From assembly GCA_013239625.1 (NCBI GenBank), contig MU053557.1:565063-629062 (forward strand): 64,000 nucleotides of DNA. Reading direction: 5' to 3'. The position numbers were made by a program, and so were the translations under genes. Positions 37,926 through 51,243 of the stretch are shown here, one piece after another (positions within the stretch are counted from its first letter, which is position 1; every line of letters starts with the position of its first letter). The stretch comes from Lama guanicoe. Lineage: Eukaryota. Below the pieces are notes generated by a model. The model saw only the letters and a program-made list of their open reading frames with translations, ran no database searches and had not been told where the DNA came from.

Positions 37926-39749
37926 TTGTGATGATACATTTTAAAGTAATCTGTGACCAGATTATACATGGGAGTGGTTATGGTGGTGGTGGTGTTGGGG
38001 GGTGCCTTGCAAATGGAAAAAATGAATGTGTTAATCACTCTCTGGTGTGCTCTTTTCATTGATTTCTCAGTGAGGGAGCAGTGATTGCCTCCAGGGTCCT
38101 GGGAATTACAGATCAGAACAAAAAGAGTAGAGAGGCTCAGCCTTCTGCCATTAAGACATCAGCAGTTGACTTACGTGGTTTTCAATTTCATTTCCTGCCT
38201 GATTTAACACTGCATATTGCAATTTCATAGAGTTTAACACACAGCAGCCTGGCAGGCTGATGTGGCCACCAAGGCACAAGACTCCAGATATAAATTATAG
38301 TGATAAAAATAAAAGTAAATTAGTGCCTGAATGAAATGTACAAGTACCAGGCTTCTGAGAAATTAGTGGGTACAGATAGTTACATTATGAGAATACTTGG
38401 AAAGTGATATATCTTTGGCCTTGGTCAAGGGAGAAAATCAAGCGAAAGCAGTATCATTAATTTATTTTTCAGATGCAAGAACTGCCCTGGTAAAAAAACA
38501 CCAAATCCGTTTGATACCATGTAACCAAATGAAAAATGAAATCAATTATACTGAATGCAAATAAGATTTTTTTTTGTATTTAACAGCATCAAAAAAAGAG
38601 TGGTAAAGGTCTGTTAAGTGAAAATGCATTGTACTGATGAGATAAAGAAAGGGTGAATAGAGTTTATTGAAAATGTTCTTTGCTCTAATGCAGTAGGTAA
38701 AATAAATGATTTATTCTTTAACTAGGAGCAGTCCAATGATAATCAGTGTGAGGAAATTGCTTATACTTGTATGAGCTAGCAGTATTAAATAAGGCTTCTT
38801 TTTCTATAATTTTGATCTTATAATATTAGTGCCCCAAATCAAAAGTACTACACTATTTATATGGACAGAATTAAAACAAAAAAATCATTACAGAGATTAT
38901 AATGACAGAAGCTAATTTTATTGGATATTATTGCAAAATTTGCTTGATTCTTGAGGGCCCTCAATTTATTAACATCTTTCAGAAAAAAATGAAACACTAT
39001 TAGGTGCATCAATTGTAAGAACACATTTCAGTTTCAGAATGTGAAAACGTGTCACAGAATCCAGGAACTATGGACTTGCAGAGCCATTGCAGTCAGCCCT
39101 TGCCACAATCCTATGAAGTAGGAATTATCTTCTATTTTGTAATTATACTATAAGGATGATGGATTTGCCCCATATCACGCAGTTTATAAGTGCAGGGCCT
39201 AGGCTGGAACCCAAATCCTACTGCCCCCGAAGGCCCTGCATCACAGAACCTGCGATCATTCATTATTCAGTGGTCATGTCTTCTCTGGTTTCTGGGTCTC
39301 TTGGTGTCTTCTCTACAATTTTTCAATTATGACTGAGGTCCAATCTTTCCAAGTCTGTCTGACTTGGAACAAGAGTAAAATTCAAGAAGATGAAGATGCA
39401 TGAATAAACACCAACAGACAGCAGACACTGGAAAGGCCAGCAGATGCTTACAGACTGTTTTAGGTCCTCACAGGCTGACCCGAGCAGTGCAGGGAAACTT
39501 TCCATTCTGCAGAAGCCACCATGGAACAACAATGCTACTATTCACGGTCTAGTTCCACTTCATCTGAAAAGCGACAGGGGTTTTTGCTCGAATTATTTTA
39601 GAAGGCTTAGACTTTCAAAAGCACTTTCGGGATAACCTAGCCCCTAATTACACAGAAGAAAAAGAGCCCCGGTGAGAGAATTAACTCAGCCAAGGTCACA
39701 CAGGGAAGCACTGACAGATCTAGCAGCAGTATTCAAACTTTCCAATCAA

Positions 39750-39995
39750 TAATCATAATTGCTACCAGTTACTGAGTATTTCCCATGTGTCAGGCCCTGC
39801 ATGACAGTTTCATATGCAATCATTTCCCTTAATCTTGATCACAACCCTGTGATATCCATCTCATTCTCATTCCCACTTTACGGAGGAGGAACTTAAGGCT
39901 GTGAGAGGGTAGTTACTTCACCCAAGGTGACTCAGTGAGACGTGAGCAGCAGGATTCACTAGACTCGTCTGACCCCGGAGCCCACGGTCTCCTCC
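39750..39995 (-). mobile_element. MIR SINE
   Basis: cacaaccctgtga...ccactttacggaggaggaacttaaggctgtgagaggg...cccaaggtgac. Confidence 0.75.
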
Positions 39996-40661
39996 AGTTT
40001 ACAGCGTGATGGATCGCACAGCTCTCTGCGGGTCCTGCCCGTAGGTTGCTGCAGGGCACTGAGCACACGGAGGCCCGGAGAGGCCCACCGGTTGCTGTGC
40101 TGTTACTGATAGCTACCTCATCACGCTCTCATTCATTAGCCAACTAAATTATCCCACAGAAAATAAATGACTCAAAAATTAAGATATTAATATCCCTTAG
40201 CTAATGTGCCCTTTAAAAAATGTTAGCTAGCTAGCTATCTATTTATCTATTCAAAGATGATAGAAATGTTGTTCCCTTTTACTATTAGCTGATTAATAAC
40301 CCCTCCTAGCCAGTGAGCATGCTGCTGTGCAATTTCCCCCTCCTGTGTCCCCTCCCAATTCGATTCCAGCCAATTTCATTAGTTTTGCTGAAAACCTGTA
40401 TCATAAGTGATTGACTTACGCTGATTAATTTCTCCATAGGAATGGTCAGTAATTCTCATTGCTGGCCTGGAAGCCCTCAGATAGACCGAAAATTTCCTTC
40501 CTAACTGGCAATACTCTCCACCCCTGTATTTCTTTACATGATTTTGAAGCCACGTCGTTTCCACCAGGAGACCTGCTCTAACACCTTCCTTTGGGGACCG
40601 CTGTTGTGAAGAGCATCTAAAAGGGACTCCAAGGAAGGGTGCGGTGTGTTACAGCCTAGTT

Positions 40662-40851
40662 CAGGGGGCAGCAAACTACAGCCCCCAGGCCAAATCCTGC
40701 CCACACTTTTTGTGAATAAAGTTTTACCTGGACATGATGGGACCACACCCATTGGTTTACATATTACACCTACGGCTGAGTTGACTGGTTGTGACAGAGG
40801 CTGTATGCCCCACAAAGATGAAAACACTGACTGACCCTTTATAGAGCCCTG
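40662..40851 (+). mobile_element. MER58A-like hAT MITE with 8-bp TSD
   Basis: cagggggcagcaaactacagcccccaggccaaatcc...tttttgtgaataaagtttta...ccctg; TSD gcctagtt (40654-40661) / gcctagtg (40852-40859). Confidence 0.85.
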
Positions 40852-41646
40852 GCCTAGTGGGTCAGTAGTCACTTTTAGGATTGCACAATAAAGTGTGAGC
40901 AGAAATGGGTGTGTTCCTCGCTACCTCAAATTATCCTTGCAGGGACTGAGTGGCTAGTGTATGTAAAGCCTGAAATACTAGAGAAATAAAGAAGCCTGGG
41001 ACTTGTTCTCCATCCTCAAGCTAATATTCAACAGTGGATCCCTTTGCTAAAGGGATGGAAGATTTCCTTTATCCTCCCCCCTTATTCTTTTCCCTGAGAA
41101 AAGCATCCAGCCAGTCTCAGCAGCTATAATTCATGACCTTCAAACAGCACAATGCAGCGTCATACACAGAGAGCCTGCACATAATTGTTTTGAACCCAAA
41201 GAGCAGGAGCTTTGTTTTCTTTCCATACTTGCAGTGGGAGGGAGAGAATAAAGGGAGTCAAATGCTGGAAATGAGCAAAAGTTTCCTTAAGTATGAAACA
41301 AAGTGAAATAGTTATCCCACCACGGACCAACAAGTGGATAAAGATACGGCACAATGTTGACCCCTAAGATCCATTACCACGACCACGAGTCATGGCCATA
41401 TGAACAATTTATACAAAAATTCCTTTCCCCAGTAGTCAAATTTCTCAAATTTATGACTCACTCATCATCCTCTTCTATCGTCTGGAACGAAATCAAATAT
41501 TCAGGTCTTATCATGTTTGGGATACCTCAGGTCTTAATTTATCATCTCTCTCTCTAAAAGGCCTTCAGGGAGAAGGTAATATTTTAATGGATTATATACT
41601 GCATCTTTCACAAGCATCCTACTGCCTCGTGTTAGAAGTAAAGATG

Positions 41647-41779
41647 CATCCATAATGAAAAAGGAATATATGTATGTATATGTGTGACTGAAACATTATG
41701 CTGTACACCAGAAATTGGCACACCATTATAAAATGACTATACTACAGTTTTTTTAAAAAAAGAGAGAAAAGAAAAAACA
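41647..41779 (+). mobile_element. 5'-truncated camelid/artiodactyl L1 3' end with 13-bp TSD
   Basis: gtatatgtgtgactgaaacattatgctgtacaccagaaattggcacacc plus A-rich tail; agaagtaaagatg at 41634-41646 and 41780-41792. Confidence 0.85.
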
Positions 41780-42339
41780 AGAAGTAAAGATGGTTTCCTC
41801 TCTACAAGTAAGCCTTACTCATTAATGTTCAGATTATTTAACAGCTTCATGCATGATGCAGTTCACAACAATATAATCATCAAAAATTTATAGTGCTATC
41901 ACCTAAAACTAGAGGAAGAAAAACTGTATCAAAAGAGGCTTGAAAATGCACTTTTAACTATTGAGGTGAACATACTGCCGTCTTTAAAAATGCAGAGCAT
42001 GTTACAGATAAATGGATATGATTTATTGTAACTGCTTCCCAGTCTGGCCACTTCCACACATTACTGTGATAAATTCTAGCAAAGGAGGATAATTCTGGAA
42101 CATGTTTTCTTCCTTAAATGGAGATATTTAAATGTTTGGAAAGCACGAACTTTCTTAAAGGTAGCTTTGCTTATCACCTAGACTTGAAATTAAAAGCAGG
42201 CTTATGTAACAGATTTAAGTACAGATTGCATATTTTATATAATTAATACTTATATATCTTAAGTATTTATCTTTAGTTATTAGGCCATCACTATAGTGTA
42301 ATTAATTTTTAACTATTAATAGGCAACATTACCCACATT

Positions 42340-42880
42340 TTTGTAGGCGCAGTTGGTTGCCTACATGATATTTCTTCCCATCTCTCAACTTGTTCCTTCC
42401 TACTGCACCCCTGATCTTGTCTGGATATCCACCCTCTTTAACGGGGCCACTTGCTTCAAGGGAGAATGGGCTGACAAGCCAAGCCAATCACATGATTGAT
42501 ATCAGCACGCAAGGCCAGCCAATGAGCCAAGAGCAGAAGTCAGTTTGGACCTTTCTGGGCAACGGTCTTCCTTATTTGGAAACTTTGTAAGGACAAGTTC
42601 ATTACTAGACATTTTCAATATCTACATGGGGCAGCTGAAACCGTGGCAGCGGTACTGAGACCACAGGCAAGGAGTTAGCTGAAGACAAAGCAGACAGGCT
42701 GAGGATGGTACAGGAGGAGGAAGGGCTCTTGGTGGTATCATGGGTCACAGGACTAACGCACTCTGGCGTTAAGCTACCTTGAGAACACTTGTCAGAGGAA
42801 GTGGTATGTCTTCCTTAGCAGTCAAGCCAATTTAGGTTTTCTGCAACTTGCAGCTTAGAGCAGCCTGAGCGATATGCACC
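42340..42880 (+). mobile_element. Old MLT1-like LTR
   Basis: agccaatcacatga, gccaatgagc and 3' end caagccaatttaggttttctgcaacttgcagc. Confidence 0.5.
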
Positions 42881-44149
42881 TGACAGTCAAGCTACTATTT
42901 AGCTATTTTGCGGGATACCCCCAAATAATAACATCAACCCAAAAGCAGAAGGTAGGCACGCCTTCTAGTACGCCGCCATCAACCGTCTAGTGAGTATCTA
43001 TTAATCTCCATTTTCTTTACATCTTAGGAGAACTTACTGTGCTCCAAGTGCCATGCTCTTGAAGTTGACTGTCCGAGGAGAAGATACTCCCCCACTGTAA
43101 CAAATTCTGTCTCTAATAATTAAAAAACATTTGAGGAAAGCATGCAAGAGCAGCAAGCCTTTACACAAGTGCTCAAGCTGGATAAAGAAAGAAACTAGAA
43201 AATGCTGACAATTATTTACCAGATAAAGAAGGAAAGGTCAGAGAAATTTACTATTTTATTAAAATCCTTACAAAACATTAATGATGGAATGAGACACTCT
43301 GTACTGTGGGGGTCTATTTTTAATCATTAGGCACCCGAAAATATGAAAATTTGTTACTTGAACTAGTACCTATTTTTTCTAACTTTAAAAATGAGTGTGT
43401 GTATATATATTATTATGCACTTAGGTATGCATGTACACTCTTAGACAGTTATAGAGAAACATTAAACAGACACATGCAGACACTTGCATGTAGACACATG
43501 CAGAAAGGTCTGGAAGGCTATGCAAACTAGGACTTCTCTGATTGGTAAAGCAGTGGAGGTAGGTCGAGGAAGAAAGAGAGGATGGAGCCAGAGGAGACAG
43601 AGATCGAGTGATGTGATTGTACACTTTATATGAAAAGCATGGATTTCTTTTGTTTTACATGCATATAAAATGCTTATTAAGTACAAGAGCCTTAAAAATG
43701 TTCACACTGTTTGACTTAATCATTTCTCCTTTATGATTCATCCTATGAAAGTAATCTTAAATATGGAAAGATTTATATACCAAGATATCTACTACAGAAT
43801 TATTTATAATAGAAAAAACGTAAAACATCTTTATAGTCATAGCAGATTCTTGTTATGGAATATTTAGCTATTAAAATGGTGGTTATGAAGAATTATTTGA
43901 CATGCAAAAATATTGAGGCTAAATAAGGAAAAAGTTCAGGATGCATCTGTTTACATATAGCTTTATTTTTATCATGTAAGAAGGCTAAAAGTTTTGAAAA
44001 TAAATGCCAAAGTATATTAATATTTACCTGTAGGTTCAGAGCACTTGGATTTTTTCTTTCTTATTTATAATTTTCTGCATTTTATAGTTTCAAAATTTAA
44101 AACAGTATTGTAAAATTCTTAGAAATATAAGAACATATATTTGAGTTAA

Positions 44150-45625
44150 ACACTACTAAATTTAAACTAATTAAAAATTACATATGTTAAAATTTGGCTT
44201 TTCAAAATTAATGTAGAGCGTTTTAAAATATAGATGAAACACACTTCAAAAATTGATTGCATATTACAGCACAATGACAATTTCAAATTTTTTAAAATAC
44301 TGAAATATGTCCTCCCTGGGTAGAACACAATAAAATTAGAAATTAATAGCAAAACATGACAAAATAATAATACTCACTTGAAAATTAAAACTGTCTTCAA
44401 AACAAGTCTTAAAGAGGTAATCTAAATGAAAGTTACAACCTCTTTGGAAATGATTTAAAATAAGAACCCTACATGTCAAAACTTGCGGGCTATGGTCCTA
44501 GTGGTATTCAGTGGAAAATTTATAGCTTCTCATGCATTTACTAGAAAATGAAGAAGAAAGAAAATAAATCAGCTGGAATTTAGTGCAATGAAGTAGCAAA
44601 AGAACACAACAAACTCAAAGAAAAATTAGTTACAAAGATAGAATACGTTTTTAAAGCAGGGAATTTACAACATCTGAAGAATTGTTCAATAAAATTAAAG
44701 CTTTTTTGACACCAAAATTTTGGCAAATCTGATGATGGAAAAAACTAAAAACACAAATAAATGAGAAATTTATTGGAATGAGATAAGGGACACTGGAAAT
44801 GAGATAAGGGACGTAACTTCTGATAGAGAGATTTTTAAAAATGTATCATGGTTTATAAAACTTTTTAAAACATATTTAAAAACTGGAATGAAATGAATAT
44901 TTTCCAGGAAAAGAAAATGACCCAAACTGGCCACAAATGACACGAAAATCCTAAATAATAATCAAAGAAGAAACTAAAGGCATACTCCGATAACTTCCTT
45001 TTAAAACAAAATCACCAGACCTCAAACGGTTTAACAAGGGATTTCTTTCATAACAGATAATTTCCCTTCCTTGAAAAAATTGTTCTGGAGCTTACAAAAA
45101 CATGGAAGACTTTCTAGGTCATTTTACAGAACTGGTGTAGGCGTGAAACCAAAATTTACTTATGATCGCACATACACAAAAACACTCTATGCCATTTTCA
45201 CTTATGAACACAGATTTTTAACAAAGCCAAATAAATGTTAGCAACTCAAATTGAGAACTGTGTTAAAAGAGGAAGATGTTATCACCATCATGTCAAGTTT
45301 ATACCAAGGTAAACCATCCCAAGTCTGATTCAACCCAGGAAGTGTAAATATGTAAATGTAATAAAATATAAAAATGTAAATGCAAAAAAGTAAACATTTG
45401 CTGTACCATACCTACCAGAAACCTATAAGCACAAACATCTTTTTTAGTAGTCAGGTGGTAAATTATTTTCTTTAAAGCAAACGAGCTATAAAGACGCTAT
45501 TGCCATCACTGCCATTCTCCATTAGACTGGAGTCAGTAGCCAATGTAATAAGACACTTATTTGTAAAAGAAAAGGCAACCCTATCATTATCTCCAGGTAT
45601 CGCGATCATTTACCTAGAAATGATC
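44150..45625 (+). mobile_element. Ancient L1 (L1ME-like) ORF2, 5' part
   Basis: A-rich decayed ORF2 from the endonuclease end into the RT; ends at KATLSLSPGIAIIYLE (homologous to VKLSLFADDMIVYLENP). Confidence 0.75.
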
Positions 45626-45699
45626 GACTGATTGAGTCCCCTTTATAGATTCAGATAGGAAGGTCTCCATCTCACCACAACAGAATCTATAAACTTCTC

Positions 45700-47380
45700 C
45701 ATAGAGGTACTGGTGTTTTATTTTCTCTCAAGTTCTGATACCAGTGCCTCTCCTCCTACCAAAGCTCTCTCCTCCACTCAGACTCTGCGTCTCATCCCTT
45801 CTCTTCTCTCGTGCATTTTTTTGTCCTTCTCTCTCTCTCCTGCATCTTTGATTTCTTCCTCTCTTCTGGATTATTTCATTTCAGCAGATAAAGAAGCTCT
45901 GGTATCTAAAATCTTTTGAACAAGCAAATCATTCTTTGTCCCCTGTGTCCTTTACACTACAACTTCATGTAGTCACTCCCTTTGCAGCAAAACTTCTTTC
46001 AGGAGTTAACTGTCTACTCCAACTGTCTCCGTTCCTCATCTTCAATTAGTATTCAAATCATTTCACCCTGGCTTTCATCCCAACTGGACTTTCAGCCCCC
46101 TGGCTTTCAATGAAGTTGTTCTTCAGGTCATCAGCTATGCTTCCTTGATCCCAATCTCTCAACAGCACTTGACGGAATTCTTAGAGCTCTCTCCTTGAAA
46201 CCCCATCCTCTCTTGGCCTCTGTGACATCACTCTTTCCTGCAATTCCTCCTTCCTCACTTTCTCAGGCTCCTTGGTTACCTCTTCCTCCCATAGTTTTCT
46301 ATGATTTGCTCTCTCCTCCTCCTATAACTGACTTCTTAATGCTACATTGACTGAGTTTGGTCGTGTAATTTCTTCTGTAATTATATTCTCTCCCTACATT
46401 ATCTCATCTGGTCCTATGTCTTTAAATTCTATCTTCATACTTCAAAACTTCCAGTTTATGTCTCTGGGACTAACTGTTCCCCTGAGCTCGACTTGTCTAC
46501 CCCACTATCTTTATGACATATTAATTTGGATGTCAACCATATATTTCAAAATAAACATTTCCCAAACAGAACCCTTGATCCTCCCTCTCCCTTGACAAAA
46601 CACTATTCCCCAGTGTTTGTTATCTCAGAAAATAGTACCACAATCCACCCAGCTACTCAAGCCAAAACCCTAATAATCCTCTTCAGTAAATGCATCAGTG
46701 AATCTGATTCATCCTACTTCATGGTGTATCTTGAACACAACCATTTCTCCCCCTCCACTGCTGCCAACTTACTCAAGCCACCAGCACCTCTCAGTTCCTA
46801 CAATACAACCTCCTCCTACTTCTCCTCTTGTTACTGGAAGCTTTTCCTCCACACAGTCTGAGCAATTGTTTTAAAACATAGATCAGATTGTATCACTATT
46901 CTGACATTTTGATAGCTCCAAACTGCACTTGGAGTAACATTTGAGCTCTTTGCCACAGCCTAAAAAGCCTCATATTATCTTGGTTTCTATCTACCTGTTG
47001 GAACTTCCACCCTGTCCACTCTTACTCCAGCCACTTGGATTTACTTCCTGTTCTTTGGACTGCCAAGCTCTTGCCAACTTCAGGAATTCTGCATTGGCTG
47101 TTTACTCTGCCTGGAAAGCTCTGGACATGGCTGAGTCGCTGGTCTCCAAAACCATCTCGAGGAAGCGATCCTTGGTGATACTTCTTAACCCTGCTTTCTC
47201 TCTGCTATATCATTCCCTTTTACTTCCTTCGCAGCGCTACAGTTCTTGTGCTTATGTGTTTATTTCCTCGTTTATAACTCATCTTCCTCCGCTAGAATGG
47301 AAAGTCTCTCTGAGCTCAGACTGGTCATATCTCTGACATCTGACACATAATAGGTGCTTAATAATTATTTTTTAATAAAA
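45700..47380 (+). mobile_element. Long L2 fragment (RT region plus 3' end)
   Basis: Pyrimidine-rich L2 RT relics (ctggctttcatccc, ctctcaacagcacttgac, ctccttgaaac, atttggatgtc) and terminal ctgacacataataggtgcttaataa. Confidence 0.8.
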
Positions 47381-47394
47381 CTTCAGGTGTTAAC

Positions 47395-48555
47395 TGGCCT
47401 ATTATTAGAATAAAGGAGTTCAAAAAGGTGACCAGATACCATAGCAATAGGTAAACTTTAGTTGTATTTCTTTTCCCAATAGCAATTAGAAAACATAATA
47501 GATTTTTAAACTGTCATTCACAATGGCAACAAAACCTTATTAAGCTCCAATCAGTAAACCTAACAAGAAATACATAAGAATCTATTTCAAAAAAACTATA
47601 AGACCTTTTAAGAGGAAATCTAAGTAAGGAGACTAACATATTGTATTCTTGGATGGGATTGAAGAAATTAATTTCTCAAAATAAATTTACAAATTCATTC
47701 AGTCTCAATAATAATCTTAAAAGGATAGAAATTAAAACCTTAGTGAGTTGTTTCTAAAATTTATCTGGAGAAGAAAATAAGAATGTCTAAGAAAACTTTT
47801 TTAAAGCAAAGAATATTGAGGGAAGACTCACCTTTCCTGACATTTTTAAAAACTAGAATTCACTTAAAAATTAAAAGTGTTAAATTAGTATAGAAATAGC
47901 ACGGGAATAGACAGAATCAATAGACCAGAATAGAAATCCATGTATATAAGAGAATTGAGATGAAAATAAATGTAATATTTCAAATCATGGGTAAGGAAAT
48001 TCTGTTTAATAAATGGTGCTGGGAAAATAAGCTATTGATTTTTTAATAAAATAAAATTAAATCTCTACCAAGCATTATCCATAAACACAAATTATTTATG
48101 GATTCAAGAGCTGAGCATAAAATAAAAACTAGGGAACTATAAGTAAAATATATAGTGATATTATTAAAATTTAGAGGTTAGAAAGAGATAAAAATCCCAG
48201 AAACTACTGAATGGCCTGGTAATTTAAGTTCTCTTAATGAAAAATAAATCATAAGAAAAGTTTAAAAAGTGAAAAATCTTAAGAAATTATTTGCAAGATA
48301 TATAATACACAAAGTATGAATATTCAGAATACATAAAGAATATAAATCAGTAAAGGACAGCACAGTAGAAAAACAGACGAAAATTATAACAGACAAGTCA
48401 CAGAAGAACTACATCAAGCCAGTAAAAACATCAATAGATGCTGAATCTCACAAGAAATTATGGAAATGCAAATTTAAAACACTGAGTTTTCTTTTCTTTT
48501 TTGTTTTTTTTTAAACCCATCACCATCCTGGCAAGAGATTTAAAAAAAGGGCTTG
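47395..48555 (+). mobile_element. Ancient L1 (L1ME-like) ORF2, 3' part
   Basis: Resumes ttattagaataaaggagttcaaaaaggtgaccagatac (homologous to LLELINEFSKVAGY); later tttaataaatggtgctgggaaaa (FNKWCWEN). Confidence 0.75.
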
Positions 48556-48557
48556 TG

Positions 48558-48910
48558 TAACTCAACACCAATGACATAAACAGTACAAAACGGGCAGAGG
48601 GACTAAATAGATATTTTCCCAAAGAAGACATACAAAGGTCCAACAGGTACATGAAAAGGTGCTTAACATTACTAATCACCAGGGAAATGCAAATCAAAAC
48701 CACAATGCGCTGTCACCTCACACCTATTAGAAACACTATCCTGCAGAAGACAAGAGATAACAAGCATTGGTGACGATGTGGAGAAAAGGCGACCCTCCTG
48801 CACTGGCTGGTGGGAATGTAAATTGGTAGAGCTGTTATGCAGAAAAGTACGGAGGTACCTCAAAAAATTAAAACCAGAACTACCATGTGATCCAGTGATC
48901 CCACTTCTGG
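48558..48910 (+). mobile_element. Younger L1 ORF2 3' fragment
   Basis: caaagaagacatacaa...atcaccagggaaatgcaaatcaaaaccacaatg...agaactaccatgtgatccagtgatcccacttctgg. Confidence 0.85.
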
Positions 48911-48994
48911 TAGTTCTAGCTGTAATTTATTGAGGAACTCCCATACTGTTTTCCACAGCTAGCGTAATTGCACATTCGCACTGAAAGAGGAGTT

Positions 48995-49185
48995 TCAGTT
49001 CTCAGTCCCAGCTGGGTGATGGGGGTCAGGTTAACCTCGGCTTATTCATATGTAGAAGGGGAAGAATAATCTGTCCCTTACATTTATTTTTGAGAATAAA
49101 ATTAAAAGAAAACAAAGTAAGATAAAATAATTGCAAGCTTACTATGCAGCCTTGGCACATAGCGTGTTTTCCATAAATGGACAAA
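48995..49185 (+). mobile_element. MIR SINE
   Basis: ttaacctcggcttattcatatgtagaaggggaagaataat...ttggcacatag. Confidence 0.6.
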
Positions 49186-51243
49186 TTATCGCGGATAATG
49201 ATAGTCATGGTGTTGATGACGGTAGTGGTAACAATAATACGCACACCTCACACTTCTTTGGCCAAGGACTCTGCTAAGTCCTCTCCACATAGCATCTCTT
49301 TTTATCCTTGTAATCACCTGAGGTAGCATGTACTACAGTATAGAACATCTTCAGTTTATCAGTGAGATCAAGTTCAGTGACATCTGAGGTCATTATCAGC
49401 AATTAATAGACTCCAGGAGTGGAGCTGAAATTCGACTCCCAAGCGCCCACTCTTAAACATATTACTGGTTCTCCTTCCTTTGAACCAGGAGCCAGAGCCT
49501 CACTTAAGTACCCAGAGATGCAAACGACCCAGACACATTCTGAATATTGTCTCTTGAGGTGTGCTTCGTGGATTGCTTGCAGCAGATTTACCTTCAGAAC
49601 TAGAACTTGAGAATGCAGCCCTGAATCGCTGTTCTTTCTTTAAAAAAACGTAATCCCCAGATGACTCTGATGTACTTTGACTTTTGAGAACCACAGATTA
49701 ATCAGTCAAATGATATGGCAGGAATAGGGAATGTATGTGCCTTGGCCACATCTCATCCTCACATGCTTTTTCTTGCTATCAGCCTAACTATCCAATTTCA
49801 GGTGTTTTTATTTATTTGTTTGTTTATTTTTTCTTTCTTTCTCTTCCACTGCCAAGCATCAATCATGACTTTCTACCATCCTTCGCACCTATCCAGGACC
49901 CATTCCTCTGACGACCCGGGGTTCCTCTTGTCCCTGACCCCTCTATTCCACTGGAAATTCAGTCAGACTGAATTTCGTTTTCCCTTAGTCTAGGTCATTA
50001 AAGAAACCACAGAGGGGCCAGGTCCTCTGGATGAATTATATAACCCTGTAGGCACATTGGTTCTGAGGAGTATGCAGGCCGGCCCTGGGCCAAAGAAGAG
50101 GGCTGCGCGTCTCTGCCTCTGCCTCGCAGGCTCCCTCTCTCCCTCCCTCCTCCCTCCCCTCCTCTTCCTCCTCCTGCTTCTTCTCTCAGTGAAAAGATGG
50201 AGAGTACATGTCTTACCTGCTTCCCTTCTCTGGCCATATCCTTCCAATCCCTGGCATCTCAGAGTTTCTAGGCCAGTATACATTCATTGCTAAAAGTTTT
50301 CTCATCCCGCTAGCTCAGGGGAAAGCAGAACCCTGAAAGTCCACCTCACAGCCTACACACATGGAGCTCAAACGCTTCCTCTGTGGGAGACACGTATGTT
50401 CTTCTGCGTGCTTTACTCGAGCTGGAGCAGTTCAGGATGGTCTATATGTTTGGAAGCGCCAATGAAACAGACCATCTAGAATTTACGGCAGTGTCCCTCT
50501 TCCATAGCTGAACTGGCCTGTCAGGGGCAACAGCAAGATTATTTTGGCAGCTGCCCCTGTCCCCAGAGAATTAGAACAAGAGGGAGAAGCTAAACCTGTC
50601 TGCGATGCACCCGGCTTAGACACAAAGGAAACGCAGGACAAAGCCCGCCCAGCGCCACTCTCTCAGGCTCGGTCACGCTCTGGCCCCAGCTTAGAGCTGT
50701 ACTTGAGGGTTGTTGATTTCACTTACATTCTTCCTTTCCAAACATGCATAAAGCAGGGTCAGCAGGCAATGGGAGTCCTTCCCCCCTTTCCCCTCCAAAG
50801 TTTCCTGTCTGTGGGCGCCCCGCAGATTTGCAGCAGCAATGCACCAATAACTTACTTCTAACAAAAAAGCCAACAGCTTGCCTGATGGCAGTGCAGCTCG
50901 GATGGAAACTCCCCCACTAGTCAAGGAGGGAATGCGGATATTGTAAACATTTATTCATCAGGCAGTAGGCCTCTTTAATCCCCTGCCCTGCCAAACCTTC
51001 ATGCTGGCCTCTGACCAACCGGCCAGGACTTCAAAAGGAGCGTGCTGGGGGAATCCTGGGGACATTGGAGGGTGCAGACTCTCGCCCTTGGCTGGACAGG
51101 CTGGCTGCCACGGTGGTGTGGAGAAGCTTGAGTTCATGCTTAAGGGGTTTGGAGTGAGCCCCTGGACCCCAAACCAGGCTGCAGTCCTCTTCCAGGGCAG
51201 ATAGAAAGAAGGCACAACCTCCATGGGGGAGGCGGCTAGAGGG

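Noticed and set aside
39514..39601. Perfect Kozak gccaccATGG
   Set aside because: Opens only a 26-codon frame (MEQQCYYSRSSSTSSEKRQGFLLELF*) with no promoter or splice support
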